Assembly: GCA_001004885.1 (NCBI GenBank)
Contig: LCRX01000005.1
Span: forward strand, 1 to 52,074
Reading direction: 5' to 3'
Source: Candidatus Magasanikbacteria bacterium GW2011_GWA2_56_11
GTDB taxonomy: Bacteria > Patescibacteriota > Patescibacteriia > Magasanikbacterales > UBA922
DNA: 52,074 bases
This document shows positions 27,690 to 36,207 of this stretch, one piece after another. The notes below the pieces were generated by a model that was not told the origin of the DNA, made no database searches, and saw only the letters and a list, made by a program, of their open reading frames with translations. Every line of letters begins with the position of its first letter. Positions within the stretch are counted from its first letter, which is position 1. Made by a program: the position numbers and the translations under genes.

Positions 27690-27864
27690 AATAACAAAGG
27701 TCGATACAAAAGTTTTTTTAAAACTTTTGTTCCAGAAATTTTTTACATCAATGCTTGTCATGTAAAAATTTTCTTCACGGAGTACATTGCCATTTGGTGT
27801 GTACCATGGTCATATCAAAAAATGTACGACCGACTAATCTGAATTTTGAGAGGGGGTGCCCATT

Positions 27865-28005
27865 ATGCCAGCCAAAAAACGCAAAGTCGCCAAGAAAGCT
27901 GCTCCTAAGCGCAAGGTTGCTAAGAAAGCCGCTTCAAAGCGCAAAGTCGCCAAGAAAGCTGCTCCTAAGCGCAAGGTTGCTAAGAAAGCCGCCAAAAAGA
28001 AATAA
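27865..28005 (+). CDS. 46-aa Lys/Ala-rich histone H1-like small protein
   Basis: MPAKKRKVAKKAAPKRKVAKKAASKRKVAKKAAPKRKVAKKAAKKK. GAGAGGGGG SD upstream and terminator directly downstream. Too short for the ORF track. Confidence 0.88.
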   Translation: MPAKKRKVAKKAAPKRKVAKKAASKRKVAKKAAPKRKVAKKAAKKK

Positions 28006-28018
28006 GCTCGCTTTCTAT

Positions 28019-28052
28019 AAAAACTCTCCCGGTAATTCGGGAGAGTTTTTTT
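28019..28052. terminator. Bidirectional intrinsic terminator
   Basis: AAAAACTCTCCCG-gtaatt-CGGGAGAGTTTTTTT. Confidence 0.85.
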
Positions 28053-28116
28053 GCTTATTGCAGAGATAATTTACTCTCTGAATACCAGGCGAACGCTCGC
28101 GCCCAACGACGGCAGC

Positions 28117-29391
28117 TTATTCAAAATCAAGCGCCCCCTGCACCGGTTTTACCGGGCGGTCGTGATCGCCAAACACCTTCACCACTCCAAACACGCCGTC
28201 ATATCCCGGCCGGATATAAATTTCGCCGCGGCGCACGCGGTCAATGGCCTGGGATATTTGATCCGAACTCGCAGCGGCGATTTCCGGCAGCGGCGCCCAA
28301 AGAAGAATATGAAACTCGCTGCCGACCGATACCGTCAACGATTCGTACGCGGATCTGACCGCTTTCGCGCCGACGCCGAGCCCCAAGGTGTCGGCGATGA
28401 TCTCGGTCAATGGAACCAGACTCTTATACCCGATGCGATCCTGCCCCTTGGCTTCTTCGGGAGAACGCGCCGCCAAATCGTGCACGCGGTGCATCACGCC
28501 CACCACGAGCGGCTTTTTGCATACCGGGCAGAGACCGCGATATTTTTTGGTTTCCTCCGGCGGACAGGAAAAATTACAGTCGCGGTGTCCGTCGTAGTGG
28601 TACTTACCCTCGGCCGGATAAAATTCGATCGTGTGCAAAAACTTTTTTCGGTCTCCCTCTCGGATTACCCGCATAATCTCGTCGTACGTTACCTCGGCGT
28701 CGCTCCCAAACCGCATTACGTTCGCCTCGCGGCCGAGTTTGGCCGGGCTGTGGGCGTCGGAATTGGATATTACAGTAATCTTATCCAAAAACGGCACGCG
28801 CCAGTTCATCAACGGGTCGCTCGAAAGACCGGTTTCAATGGCGCGCACCCTTGGCGTGAGATCGTCAAAAGCCTCCTCCAAACTGTCGTACCCGCCTTTG
28901 GAACCAAAAACCCCGAACCAAGGTGTCCAGGCGTGGGCCGGGATAAGCACCATTCGTTCGTCCGCCTCGAGCATCAACTCCAGGAGCTCCTTGGCGGCCA
29001 AACCCAGGATCGGCCGGCCGTCCGAACGCAAGTTAAACCCGCGCGTTTCGAGCACCGCGTTGAACTTGGCTGCCGTCTCCAAATTCGGAGCAAATACCAA
29101 CAGGTGCAGCCGCCGCACCTTGTCCTTGTGTTTTTTAATCACGGCCACCTCGGTACCCACGATAAACCGAGTGGGCGACGCCTGGCTTTTCAGCTTGTAA
29201 ACTCCTTCGCGGTCTTCTACTAGCTCCTCGCCCAACGACTCGAACCACCGCGGATGCGTAAAATCGCCGGTTGAAACGATCGTAATCCCACGGATTTCGC
29301 AAGCACGGGCAATGGTGGGCAGCACCAAGTCTTTTGAACAGGCGCGGGAGTACCGAGAGTGGATATGGAGGTCAAGAATGTGCTCAATCAT
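28117..29391 (-). CDS. Endonuclease Q family (PHP domain plus Zn ribbon)
   Basis: DLHIHSRYSRACS, GDFTHP.W, PAHAWTPWF, ETGLSSD, NSDAHS..KLGRE, GKYHYDGHR.C, CPVC, PGYDG.FG. Confidence 0.9.
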   Translation of the reverse strand: MIEHILDLHIHSRYSRACSKDLVLPTIARACEIRGITIVSTGDFTHPRWFESLGEELVEDREGVYKLKSQASPTRFIVGTEVAVIKKHKDKVRRLHLLVFAPNLETAAKFNAVLETRGFNLRSDGRPILGLAAKELLELMLEADERMVLIPAHAWTPWFGVFGSKGGYDSLEEAFDDLTPRVRAIETGLSSDPLMNWRVPFLDKITVISNSDAHSPAKLGREANVMRFGSDAEVTYDEIMRVIREGDRKKFLHTIEFYPAEGKYHYDGHRDCNFSCPPEETKKYRGLCPVCKKPLVVGVMHRVHDLAARSPEEAKGQDRIGYKSLVPLTEIIADTLGLGVGAKAVRSAYESLTVSVGSEFHILLWAPLPEIAAASSDQISQAIDRVRRGEIYIRPGYDGVFGVVKVFGDHDRPVKPVQGALDFE

Positions 29392-29480
29392 ACGTTTTAT
29401 TGAGTGCGAACAATTATCAGGCGGCGGAGCGGATCCCCGCTCCCGGCAGCTTTGTTTAGAAACGAGGCGGCGTCAATAGG

Positions 29481-30221
29481 CTACAAAGCCCTCGGCTCTG
29501 GGCCAGAGTATTCTATCTCTTCTTCCGGCACCCGGCGCAACCCCTCGCCGCCAGCCATCTCCTCGTATATATGCGCCACGAGTCCGGGGACGCGGGCGAT
29601 GATGAAAAAACCCTTTGTGAGCCGCCAATCAAAGCCCATATCCAATAGGATGGCGGCCATGGCGCCGTCAATATTGAGCGGGATAGGTTTCGAGGAAATT
29701 TGGTTTAACACTGCTCCAATTTTCTCGGCCAACGCGCAATGCGGCCCGTAGAAGCCAGTCTCTTTCGCTACCCCGAGCAAAACGTCGCTGCGTCCATCAT
29801 GGGTCAAAACTGCATGGCCGTAACCCGGCAGGCGGATCTTTTGTTCCTTAAGCGACTGGACCAGGCCGGCGATATGGCCTGTTTCTTTATTCTCCTGAAA
29901 AAAACGCGCCGCACCCTCAATCGCGCCGCCATGCCTCTCACCCATAGCCAAAATTCCGGCCGCGAGCGCGGTATGGGGGCTGTTTTGCGCCGAGGCGACA
30001 ATCCGGGCCACTTGGCCCGAGGCGGTCCCGGGGCCGTGATCAATAGCGGCGGTTAAAAGAGCGTTTAGCAGCCTGGTTTCCGCCGCGGTCGGGAGTTCGC
30101 CCCTAAGGACAAGATAGACCGTTTCCACAAACGACTTTTTTGTTGTTAATTCTTCCAGGCTGTAGCCGCGGACGAACTCACGCTCATCCTCTATTTTCGT
30201 AATGGCGGTCTGATATTTCAT
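29481..30221 (-). CDS. Stand-alone citryl-CoA lyase (citrate-synthase-like fold)
   Basis: IDHG, GERHGGAIE, LPGYGH, PLNIDGA, FIIARVPGLVAH; only 246 aa. Confidence 0.85.
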   Translation of the reverse strand: MKYQTAITKIEDEREFVRGYSLEELTTKKSFVETVYLVLRGELPTAAETRLLNALLTAAIDHGPGTASGQVARIVASAQNSPHTALAAGILAMGERHGGAIEGAARFFQENKETGHIAGLVQSLKEQKIRLPGYGHAVLTHDGRSDVLLGVAKETGFYGPHCALAEKIGAVLNQISSKPIPLNIDGAMAAILLDMGFDWRLTKGFFIIARVPGLVAHIYEEMAGGEGLRRVPEEEIEYSGPEPRAL

Positions 30222-30949
30222 ATTTTTTTAAATAAAAAACCGGGAAAAAACAGAGTCCGGATATTGACTATAAACAACGCCGGCGCAAAGAAAGTGCCCG
30301 CTACCCGTTGGATTAGGGAGTGCATGCCCGGAGTTTGCCACACCGCTGATACAAAAGGGGTAGCGACAAATGACAGCCAGATACAGAAAAAAAACGCTGC
30401 CGCTAATAGCGGCATGCGTGCCCGTAGACGCTCGGCCCGCTCGCCGCCATGATGGAGCACATAAAGCACGACCATGACCAAAGCATTCATAACCAGTACC
30501 ATCGTCATGAGCCCGTAGTACAGTCTCTCAACCGCGCCGACAACCGCGGAAGGCGAAAAAATTGGCCAGACAATCGGCCCGGTGAGGAAATCTATAATAC
30601 GCGTCGTCAAGTAAAAAGAAAGCGAAACGGCCGCCAAAAATATGATGAGCCGTTCAAAACTGCCCCCGACTTTTTTTGACCCTTTTGTATCCAACAAAGT
30701 CGAAAAGACGGTCGGAAAAGGCGTTTCCATGCCCGCGAACCTCAACCGCAGCCAGTAAATCCCTATGGACAAAACCCAGATAATTAAAACCCAGATGAAA
30801 CGGTTCGCATAGTCAGGATAACGAAACGCTAGACCGGAATATACAAAGGCAAAGAGGGCAAAAAAGGCGTTCAAAATAGTAAATGAAAGCTGAAGAGAGC
30901 AGTCTAAAAGCCGAAGAATGGTTGTCGTATAGCTGGTAAACTTACCCAT
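30218..30949 (-). CDS. Multi-pass membrane protein of unknown function
   Basis: About 6 hydrophobic segments; overlaps both neighbouring genes (ATGA junction at 30218-30221). Confidence 0.75.
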   Translation of the reverse strand: MGKFTSYTTTILRLLDCSLQLSFTILNAFFALFAFVYSGLAFRYPDYANRFIWVLIIWVLSIGIYWLRLRFAGMETPFPTVFSTLLDTKGSKKVGGSFERLIIFLAAVSLSFYLTTRIIDFLTGPIVWPIFSPSAVVGAVERLYYGLMTMVLVMNALVMVVLYVLHHGGERAERLRARMPLLAAAFFFCIWLSFVATPFVSAVWQTPGMHSLIQRVAGTFFAPALFIVNIRTLFFPGFLFKKI

Positions 30950-31832
30950 AGGCCATAATTAAAGAAACCAAATCTTCGTACCTCTCCGCCACCATCACAC
31001 CGACCGTGGCGAGCGCCGCCTCTTTTTCGGCTGCTCCCTTGCCCCTCTCTACGATCGCGCCGGCGTGGCCAATATTCATGCCTTCGGGCAGAACGTTCGC
31101 GAATTTGCCGCCGATGTAGATAGCGAGCGGTTTGGTGTATTCTTTGTTCTTGATCGCGTCTACTATCTCAAACTCGTAGCTCCCGCCATGTTCGCCGAAG
31201 ATGACTACCGCCTTGGTCTGTTCATCTTTTTCAAATAACCGCAGGAGATCGGCGTAAGTCATACCCATAAGAAGGTCGCCGCCGACATGAACCGCGGTGC
31301 TTTGTCCCAAGCCGGCCTGGCGGATCTGCCAGGAGACCTCGTTGGTCATGCCGCCCGAACGGGAGATGACGCCGATACTCCCCGGCGCGAATATCTCGCC
31401 GACCAGCGGCCCCCCGACCACGCCAATCCGGCCGACTCCCGGGCTAATGTAGCCAAGCGAACTCGGCCCGACGATTCGCGCCCCGCGCTCTTTGGCCGCG
31501 GCGAGGCAGTAAGCCGTGTCTTGGATCGGGATACGCTCGACGATAACATTGATAGTTTTTATCCCGCTCTCCACCGCCTCGAGGATAGCCGCTTTGGCGG
31601 CAAACGGGGGAACATAGATGGCCGTAGTGTTTATACCAGGAAAATTCTGCTGCGCTTCGGCGATGGAATTGAAAACCGGTCGGCCTTCGACTTCCTGGCC
31701 GCCTTTGTTAGGCGTCACGCCGCAGATAACGTCCGTCCCGTAGTCTAGCATCGCCCGGGTCGCTTTTTGCCCCTCTTTGCCGGTCATGCCCTGGACCAAA
31801 ACTTTGGTGGCGGCGGTAATCAAAATACTCAT
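30942..31832 (-). CDS. Citryl-CoA synthetase / ATP-citrate lyase alpha-type subunit (SucD-like CoA-binding and phospho-His domains)
   Basis: VLVQGMTG, GVTP.KGG, IYVPP, SRSGGMTNE, GGD, IGHAGA. Confidence 0.85.
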   Translation of the reverse strand: MSILITAATKVLVQGMTGKEGQKATRAMLDYGTDVICGVTPNKGGQEVEGRPVFNSIAEAQQNFPGINTTAIYVPPFAAKAAILEAVESGIKTINVIVERIPIQDTAYCLAAAKERGARIVGPSSLGYISPGVGRIGVVGGPLVGEIFAPGSIGVISRSGGMTNEVSWQIRQAGLGQSTAVHVGGDLLMGMTYADLLRLFEKDEQTKAVVIFGEHGGSYEFEIVDAIKNKEYTKPLAIYIGGKFANVLPEGMNIGHAGAIVERGKGAAEKEAALATVGVMVAERYEDLVSLIMAYG

Positions 31833-31911
31833 AATAAAATCTTAGGTCTTGGAGTTAGCCCGTCTGGCCCGGGCGGCCGCAGCCGCCACGAACGCTTCCA
31901 TTCGTGATAAT

Positions 31912-33072
31912 TTAAGGAGCGGACGCATAGGCCTTCTCTTTCACCAACGTGGCGAGGGTAACGGCGGTCTCGCCCATCGATGTATCTTTGCCGAACAATT
32001 TCATGGTTAGGCCGTTGCGCTCGGCGCAGTCGCGCATGAGGCGCATGCCTTCTCCTTCATTTGGACCCGCCCGGCGCACCACGATCGGATATGTAGGTTT
32101 GACCTCGTCAAGAGCGTCGGCTATCCCCTGGAAAGTCTCCGCGACATTGGTAAAGTTCGCCACCCCGCCGGCGATCCACAGTCCGTGCAATCCCGGCTTC
32201 GACAAAACGATTTTTGCCAGCTGGTAAACCTTTTCCCGCGGCGGATTACCGGAGTACTCCGTATAGTTCGCCGGTTCAAGACCGGCTTTAAGCAGTGCGT
32301 CCATGTTGGCGATGCTGGCGCCGCCGCCCGAAAATAAAATCGCCATATCCCCATCCATCTCGATGTATTTGCCGGCGGTGCCGCGGTAGTAACCCTCGCC
32401 CTCGTCGATTTTTTTCACCGCCACCTCGCGCTCGGTCGGGAGCCGGCCAAGCAACGTGCGCGGTTCAAGGGTTTCCCACTCTTTATGGCGGTAAAAGGCG
32501 TCGTCGTCGAGCGCCACCTTGGCGTCGGCCGCGACCCACCGGCCGTCAGTTGTTTTGACTAGGGGATTAATCTCGGCAAGCCGAGTGTCTTCCGCCAAAA
32601 AACATTGCCAAAGTGATTCACCAATTGACGGCGGCAGTTCTGCCCCGCGGATATCCAACCAGGTTTTGTCAATTTTTTCCTCCGGCACAGCTTCAATATC
32701 CATGCCGCCGTCCTGGCTATAGATCATTACCGGCTGTTTCTTGTTGGTATCGTAAGTGATCGAAATATAATGTTCCTCGCTAATCGCAAGTTTCTCCTCA
32801 ATCAAAACCGCGGCCACAAGCTGCCCCCGGATCTGCATGGCAAAAAGATCTTCACAAGCCGCACGAACTTCCTCTGCCGAAGAGCAGAATCTAATGCCGT
32901 TATTTTTACCGCGTTTGCCGGACAAAACCTGCGCTTTGGCCACTACCTCGGGAAGTCCGAGCTCTCGGTATTTAGCGGCGTAGTCATCGCCGCGACGGGC
33001 CACGACACCTTTCGGCGTCAGGATGCCGTGTTTCGCAAACAGCTGTTTGCCTTCAAATTCGTAGAGATTCAT
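31912..33072 (-). CDS. ATP-citrate lyase beta-type subunit (ATP-grasp plus citrate-binding domain)
   Basis: MNLYEFEGK, KAQVLSGKRGK, EINPL, DAK; ACL-type motifs GGGAS, ANYTEYSGNP, GGVANFTNVA.TF.GI, VRRAGPN. Confidence 0.85.
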   Translation of the reverse strand: MNLYEFEGKQLFAKHGILTPKGVVARRGDDYAAKYRELGLPEVVAKAQVLSGKRGKNNGIRFCSSAEEVRAACEDLFAMQIRGQLVAAVLIEEKLAISEEHYISITYDTNKKQPVMIYSQDGGMDIEAVPEEKIDKTWLDIRGAELPPSIGESLWQCFLAEDTRLAEINPLVKTTDGRWVAADAKVALDDDAFYRHKEWETLEPRTLLGRLPTEREVAVKKIDEGEGYYRGTAGKYIEMDGDMAILFSGGGASIANMDALLKAGLEPANYTEYSGNPPREKVYQLAKIVLSKPGLHGLWIAGGVANFTNVAETFQGIADALDEVKPTYPIVVRRAGPNEGEGMRLMRDCAERNGLTMKLFGKDTSMGETAVTLATLVKEKAYASAP

Positions 33073-33075
33073 AAA

Positions 33076-33600
33076 TCAGTTGCTTGATAAATATTTCATA
33101 AACCCGGACAATAGCCAACCGTTGTCAATTTCATTGTTTTTTATTTTATCCTTAATCTCTTCTGGACTAAGTTCAAGCACCTGGTGCACTTCTCCCGCTT
33201 CTCTGTGCATTACCCCCTTGGTCAGACCAGTAGCCAAAAATACCGGCGTCATCTGCGCATTCGCTCCCGGATCAATTTTAACTGTGCCGAGAGATTGCCA
33301 GGTGGCGGCAACATACCCGGTTTCTTCTTCTAATTCACGCTTAGCCGCCGTTAAACTGTCTTCACCTTTTTCTACTCCGCCAAACGGAAAACAATAGGTC
33401 CAATCTTTGATTGGATACCGCCATTCGCGCAGAACAACTAATTTTCCTACGCCAGTGACGGCAATAATCATAGGACCGGCGTCACAGCGTTCTGTAAAGG
33501 CATAAATACCACTGTGCCCATCGGGAAATTCGACTTCGTCTTCACGCAACCTCACCCATTGATTTTCGTAGACGATTTTGCTGGATTTTCGGCGTAACAT
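33076..33600 (-). CDS. NUDIX hydrolase (ADP-ribose pyrophosphatase-like)
   Basis: Nudix box GGVEKGEDSLTAAKRELEEETGY; WRYP. Confidence 0.9.
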   Translation of the reverse strand: MLRRKSSKIVYENQWVRLREDEVEFPDGHSGIYAFTERCDAGPMIIAVTGVGKLVVLREWRYPIKDWTYCFPFGGVEKGEDSLTAAKRELEEETGYVAATWQSLGTVKIDPGANAQMTPVFLATGLTKGVMHREAGEVHQVLELSPEEIKDKIKNNEIDNGWLLSGFMKYLSSN

Positions 33601-33601
33601 A

Positions 33602-34375
33602 CTACAATTCAAACTCGGAATAAAGCGGGTAATGATCCGATAGGGCGCGCCGGTCGATTTCCGTACTCACGTGGTATAGACCGCGGTAAAGGATGTGGTC
33701 AAAACGTCCGCCACGGCAAAAGGTCGGCTCAACGAGCGCAACCTCAGACACTGTTTCAACAAACTGCGGGATAAGCGCGCCGAGCGACGGACAATCGAGA
33801 TTGAAATCGCCCTGGATAAGAGCACGCATTTCTTTAGGTTTGATCTTGCCTGCCATATCTTCGATAAAAGAAAGTTGTTCCGGTGCAAAGAGATCGAAAT
33901 TGAAGCGGTGGAAGGGCATAAGATGGACGCTCATAACTTCGAGCGCCTGGCCGTCTACATCCAGCACGGCCCTGACCACTCCTTTATCGTGCGCTACCGC
34001 GATCTCGCCGCTGTCGAGGACACGCTGAGGCCGGGGGTTAAAAAATACCTCGAAGCTCGTGGCGGAGAGTGGCCATCTCGACAGGATCGCGTTGCCCAAT
34101 TTCTTCCCGGCCTCAATATGCGATGGACTGAACGGCACATTAATAAAGTACGGCAGGCCAAGCTGATCGGCAAAGTAAGATATCTGCCCGGAAACTTCTT
34201 CTGTCTCGTCTGTATGGGTTTCCTGCAGGGCGACAATATCGGGAACATAGGCTTTCAGCCGGGCCGCATAGTAGCCTTGGTCATCTATTACATAGGAGCT
34301 GTCGAGTGTCGGATCGGCCTCTACGCTTCTGATCTTACCGCCGTTAATATTCCATTGTACGGTTTTAAGTTTCAT
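33602..34375 (-). CDS. Endonuclease/exonuclease/phosphatase family protein
   Basis: QWNI, DIVALQE, GNAILSR, QGDFN, FDHI, SDHYP. Confidence 0.9.
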   Translation of the reverse strand: MKLKTVQWNINGGKIRSVEADPTLDSSYVIDDQGYYAARLKAYVPDIVALQETHTDETEEVSGQISYFADQLGLPYFINVPFSPSHIEAGKKLGNAILSRWPLSATSFEVFFNPRPQRVLDSGEIAVAHDKGVVRAVLDVDGQALEVMSVHLMPFHRFNFDLFAPEQLSFIEDMAGKIKPKEMRALIQGDFNLDCPSLGALIPQFVETVSEVALVEPTFCRGGRFDHILYRGLYHVSTEIDRRALSDHYPLYSEFEL

Positions 34376-35031
34376 AAATAGGCGCTCCACTCCTCCGGCA
34401 CCGGTATCTCCACCGTCTGCCGTTCTGCTTTGGTAGCCAGCTCGAATGAAAGCGAGGTGGCGGCCAGAGCTACCGAACGGTCCGGCAGGGGCTCCGGCGC
34501 GCCGTATTTTACATCGCCCACTACCGGGCAGCCGATAGCAGATAGCTGGGCGCGAATCTGGTGCGGCCGGCCAGTCTTTAATTGTATTTTAAGCAAAGAA
34601 AAACGCTCCCCGGCCTTTATGAGTTCGTAATCAAGCTCGGCCCGGAGCGCTTCTGGTTGTTCGGCCGTAAAAGCTTGCACCATATTTCTCTTCGGATCTT
34701 TCTTAAGAAAGTGCACCAGCGTACCGTGCGGCTCCGGCGGCCGGCCGATTACCAAGGCATGATAAATTTTTTTGATCGTATGGCACCGCATCTGCTCGGA
34801 AATCCGCGCCGCGCCCTTGCTGGTTTTGGCGAATAAAATAATACCGGCCACCGGCCGGTCCAGACGGTGGATCAAACCAAGCCACACCCGGCCCGGTTTA
34901 TGATGCTCCTGTTTAAGATAGTATTTCACCTCGTCAATGAGGGTGGGGTCTTTCGTGCTGTCCGCCTGCACGAGCGTGCCGGAGGGCTTATAGACGGCGA
35001 CCAGATGATTGTCCTCGTAAAGTACGCGCAC
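34372..35031 (-). CDS. RluA-family pseudouridine synthase without S4 domain
   Basis: LYEDNH, KPSG, HRLDRPVAG, TGRPHQIR, GDVKYG. GTG start inferred. Confidence 0.92.
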   Translation of the reverse strand: MRVLYEDNHLVAVYKPSGTLVQADSTKDPTLIDEVKYYLKQEHHKPGRVWLGLIHRLDRPVAGIILFAKTSKGAARISEQMRCHTIKKIYHALVIGRPPEPHGTLVHFLKKDPKRNMVQAFTAEQPEALRAELDYELIKAGERFSLLKIQLKTGRPHQIRAQLSAIGCPVVGDVKYGAPEPLPDRSVALAATSLSFELATKAERQTVEIPVPEEWSAYL

Positions 35032-35041
35032 ACGGCTGGCG

Positions 35042-36157
35042 TTAAACCCCCTTACCGACTGCCTCACTGATCGACCGGTAGCCATCGGCCCTAAGCCGGC
35101 GGACCAGTCCGTAATTGATCGAGCTTATCACCTGCGGCCCCTGAAACACCATGCCGGTAATCAGCTGGATAAGCGAGGCGCCAAGTTTAATTTTCCGATA
35201 GGCGTCGTCGGCCGTAAACACTCCGCCCACGCCGACGATCACGAACTCGCCTTTGGTCCTGGAGTAGACGTGGCGGATAAGGTCATTGGACACGTCTTCG
35301 TCGGCCTTGCCGCTTAAGCCCCCCCGCGCCGGAACGAGCCGCTCTTTGACCGCCTCGCTAAATCTATTTTTGGTCAGATTGGAACAGACAAAACCGGCGA
35401 TAACGTGCCGTCTGGCGACGTTGATAATCGCGTCCACTTCCCCGGGGGACAAATCCGGAGAAATTTTGATAAACACCGGTTTATTCGCCGGAGTCTCACC
35501 GAGCACGGAAAGCAGCCGGTCAAGTTTACCGGCTTCGTGAAAAGGCGCGCCGCCAAAAGAATTCGGACAACTCACGTTTACCGTAATGTAGTCGCCGATA
35601 TCCAAAAATTCTCGGTACGCCTTGAGATAATCCTGAATGCCCGCTTCGGTGTCTACCGTCTCCGGGCTGTTGGTTTTGGCGATACTGATTCCTATAGGAA
35701 TGCCAAACGTGCGTCCGCGCAAGCGCCGGGAAATCTCCACAGCGCCATCATTTTTGAGGCCGTAATAAACGACTAGCGACTGCGACTCGGGCAAGCGCCA
35801 CAGCCGCGGTTTAGGGTTCCCCTCGCAAGGTTCGCCGGTAATGGAGCCCACTTCGGCAAAGCCGAAACCTAAAAAAGGGAGTATGCTTGTCAGTTCGGCG
35901 TTTTTATCAAATCCGGCCGAGAGACCGATGGGGTTTTTAAATTTTATCCCGGCAATAGTCTGTTCCAGGCTAGGGTGCTCGTAAGAAAACAGCCGGGCCA
36001 TAATTCGCCGCCCCGCCGGCGAGTCCCCCAGGCGCCGGCCCATCCGGATCATGGAGTCATGGACGTTTTCCGGATCGCGCCTAAAGAAAAAAGGCTTAAG
36101 TAAGCGGGTATAGCCGCCTCTTAAAAGAGCGTTCCGGTAACGTATGAAAAATTCCAT
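35042..36157 (-). CDS. pyrD: Dihydroorotate dehydrogenase, class 2 scaffold
   Basis: DPENVH, NPIGLSAGFDKNA, GNPKPRL.RL, NVSCPN, KISPD, GGLSG, GVGG. Confidence 0.92.
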   Translation of the reverse strand: MEFFIRYRNALLRGGYTRLLKPFFFRRDPENVHDSMIRMGRRLGDSPAGRRIMARLFSYEHPSLEQTIAGIKFKNPIGLSAGFDKNAELTSILPFLGFGFAEVGSITGEPCEGNPKPRLWRLPESQSLVVYYGLKNDGAVEISRRLRGRTFGIPIGISIAKTNSPETVDTEAGIQDYLKAYREFLDIGDYITVNVSCPNSFGGAPFHEAGKLDRLLSVLGETPANKPVFIKISPDLSPGEVDAIINVARRHVIAGFVCSNLTKNRFSEAVKERLVPARGGLSGKADEDVSNDLIRHVYSRTKGEFVIVGVGGVFTADDAYRKIKLGASLIQLITGMVFQGPQVISSINYGLVRRLRADGYRSISEAVGKGV

Positions 36158-36207
36158 AGGAGGATGGGTACCTGAAACCCTATCCATTGTACCCTACCCG
36201 ACAAATA

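Noticed and set aside
27530-27700. Replication origin
   Set aside because: AT-rich with one DnaA-box-like 9-mer (27634-27642), but no box cluster or dnaA/dnaN; explained as a promoter.
27877-27992. Tandem repeats as a possible CRISPR array
   Set aside because: Repeats are contiguous with no unique spacers, encode protein, and no cas genes are present.
27755-28069. 104-aa ORF with a repeated KSPRKLLLSARLLRKP
   Set aside because: Off-frame reading of the histone-like repeat; the 27865 frame has the SD, synonymous variation and terminator.
30942-33072. Annotation as succinyl-CoA synthetase sucCD
   Set aside because: The beta subunit has ACL citrate-binding motifs instead of NGAGL/NIFGGI, and a citryl-CoA lyase gene is adjacent.
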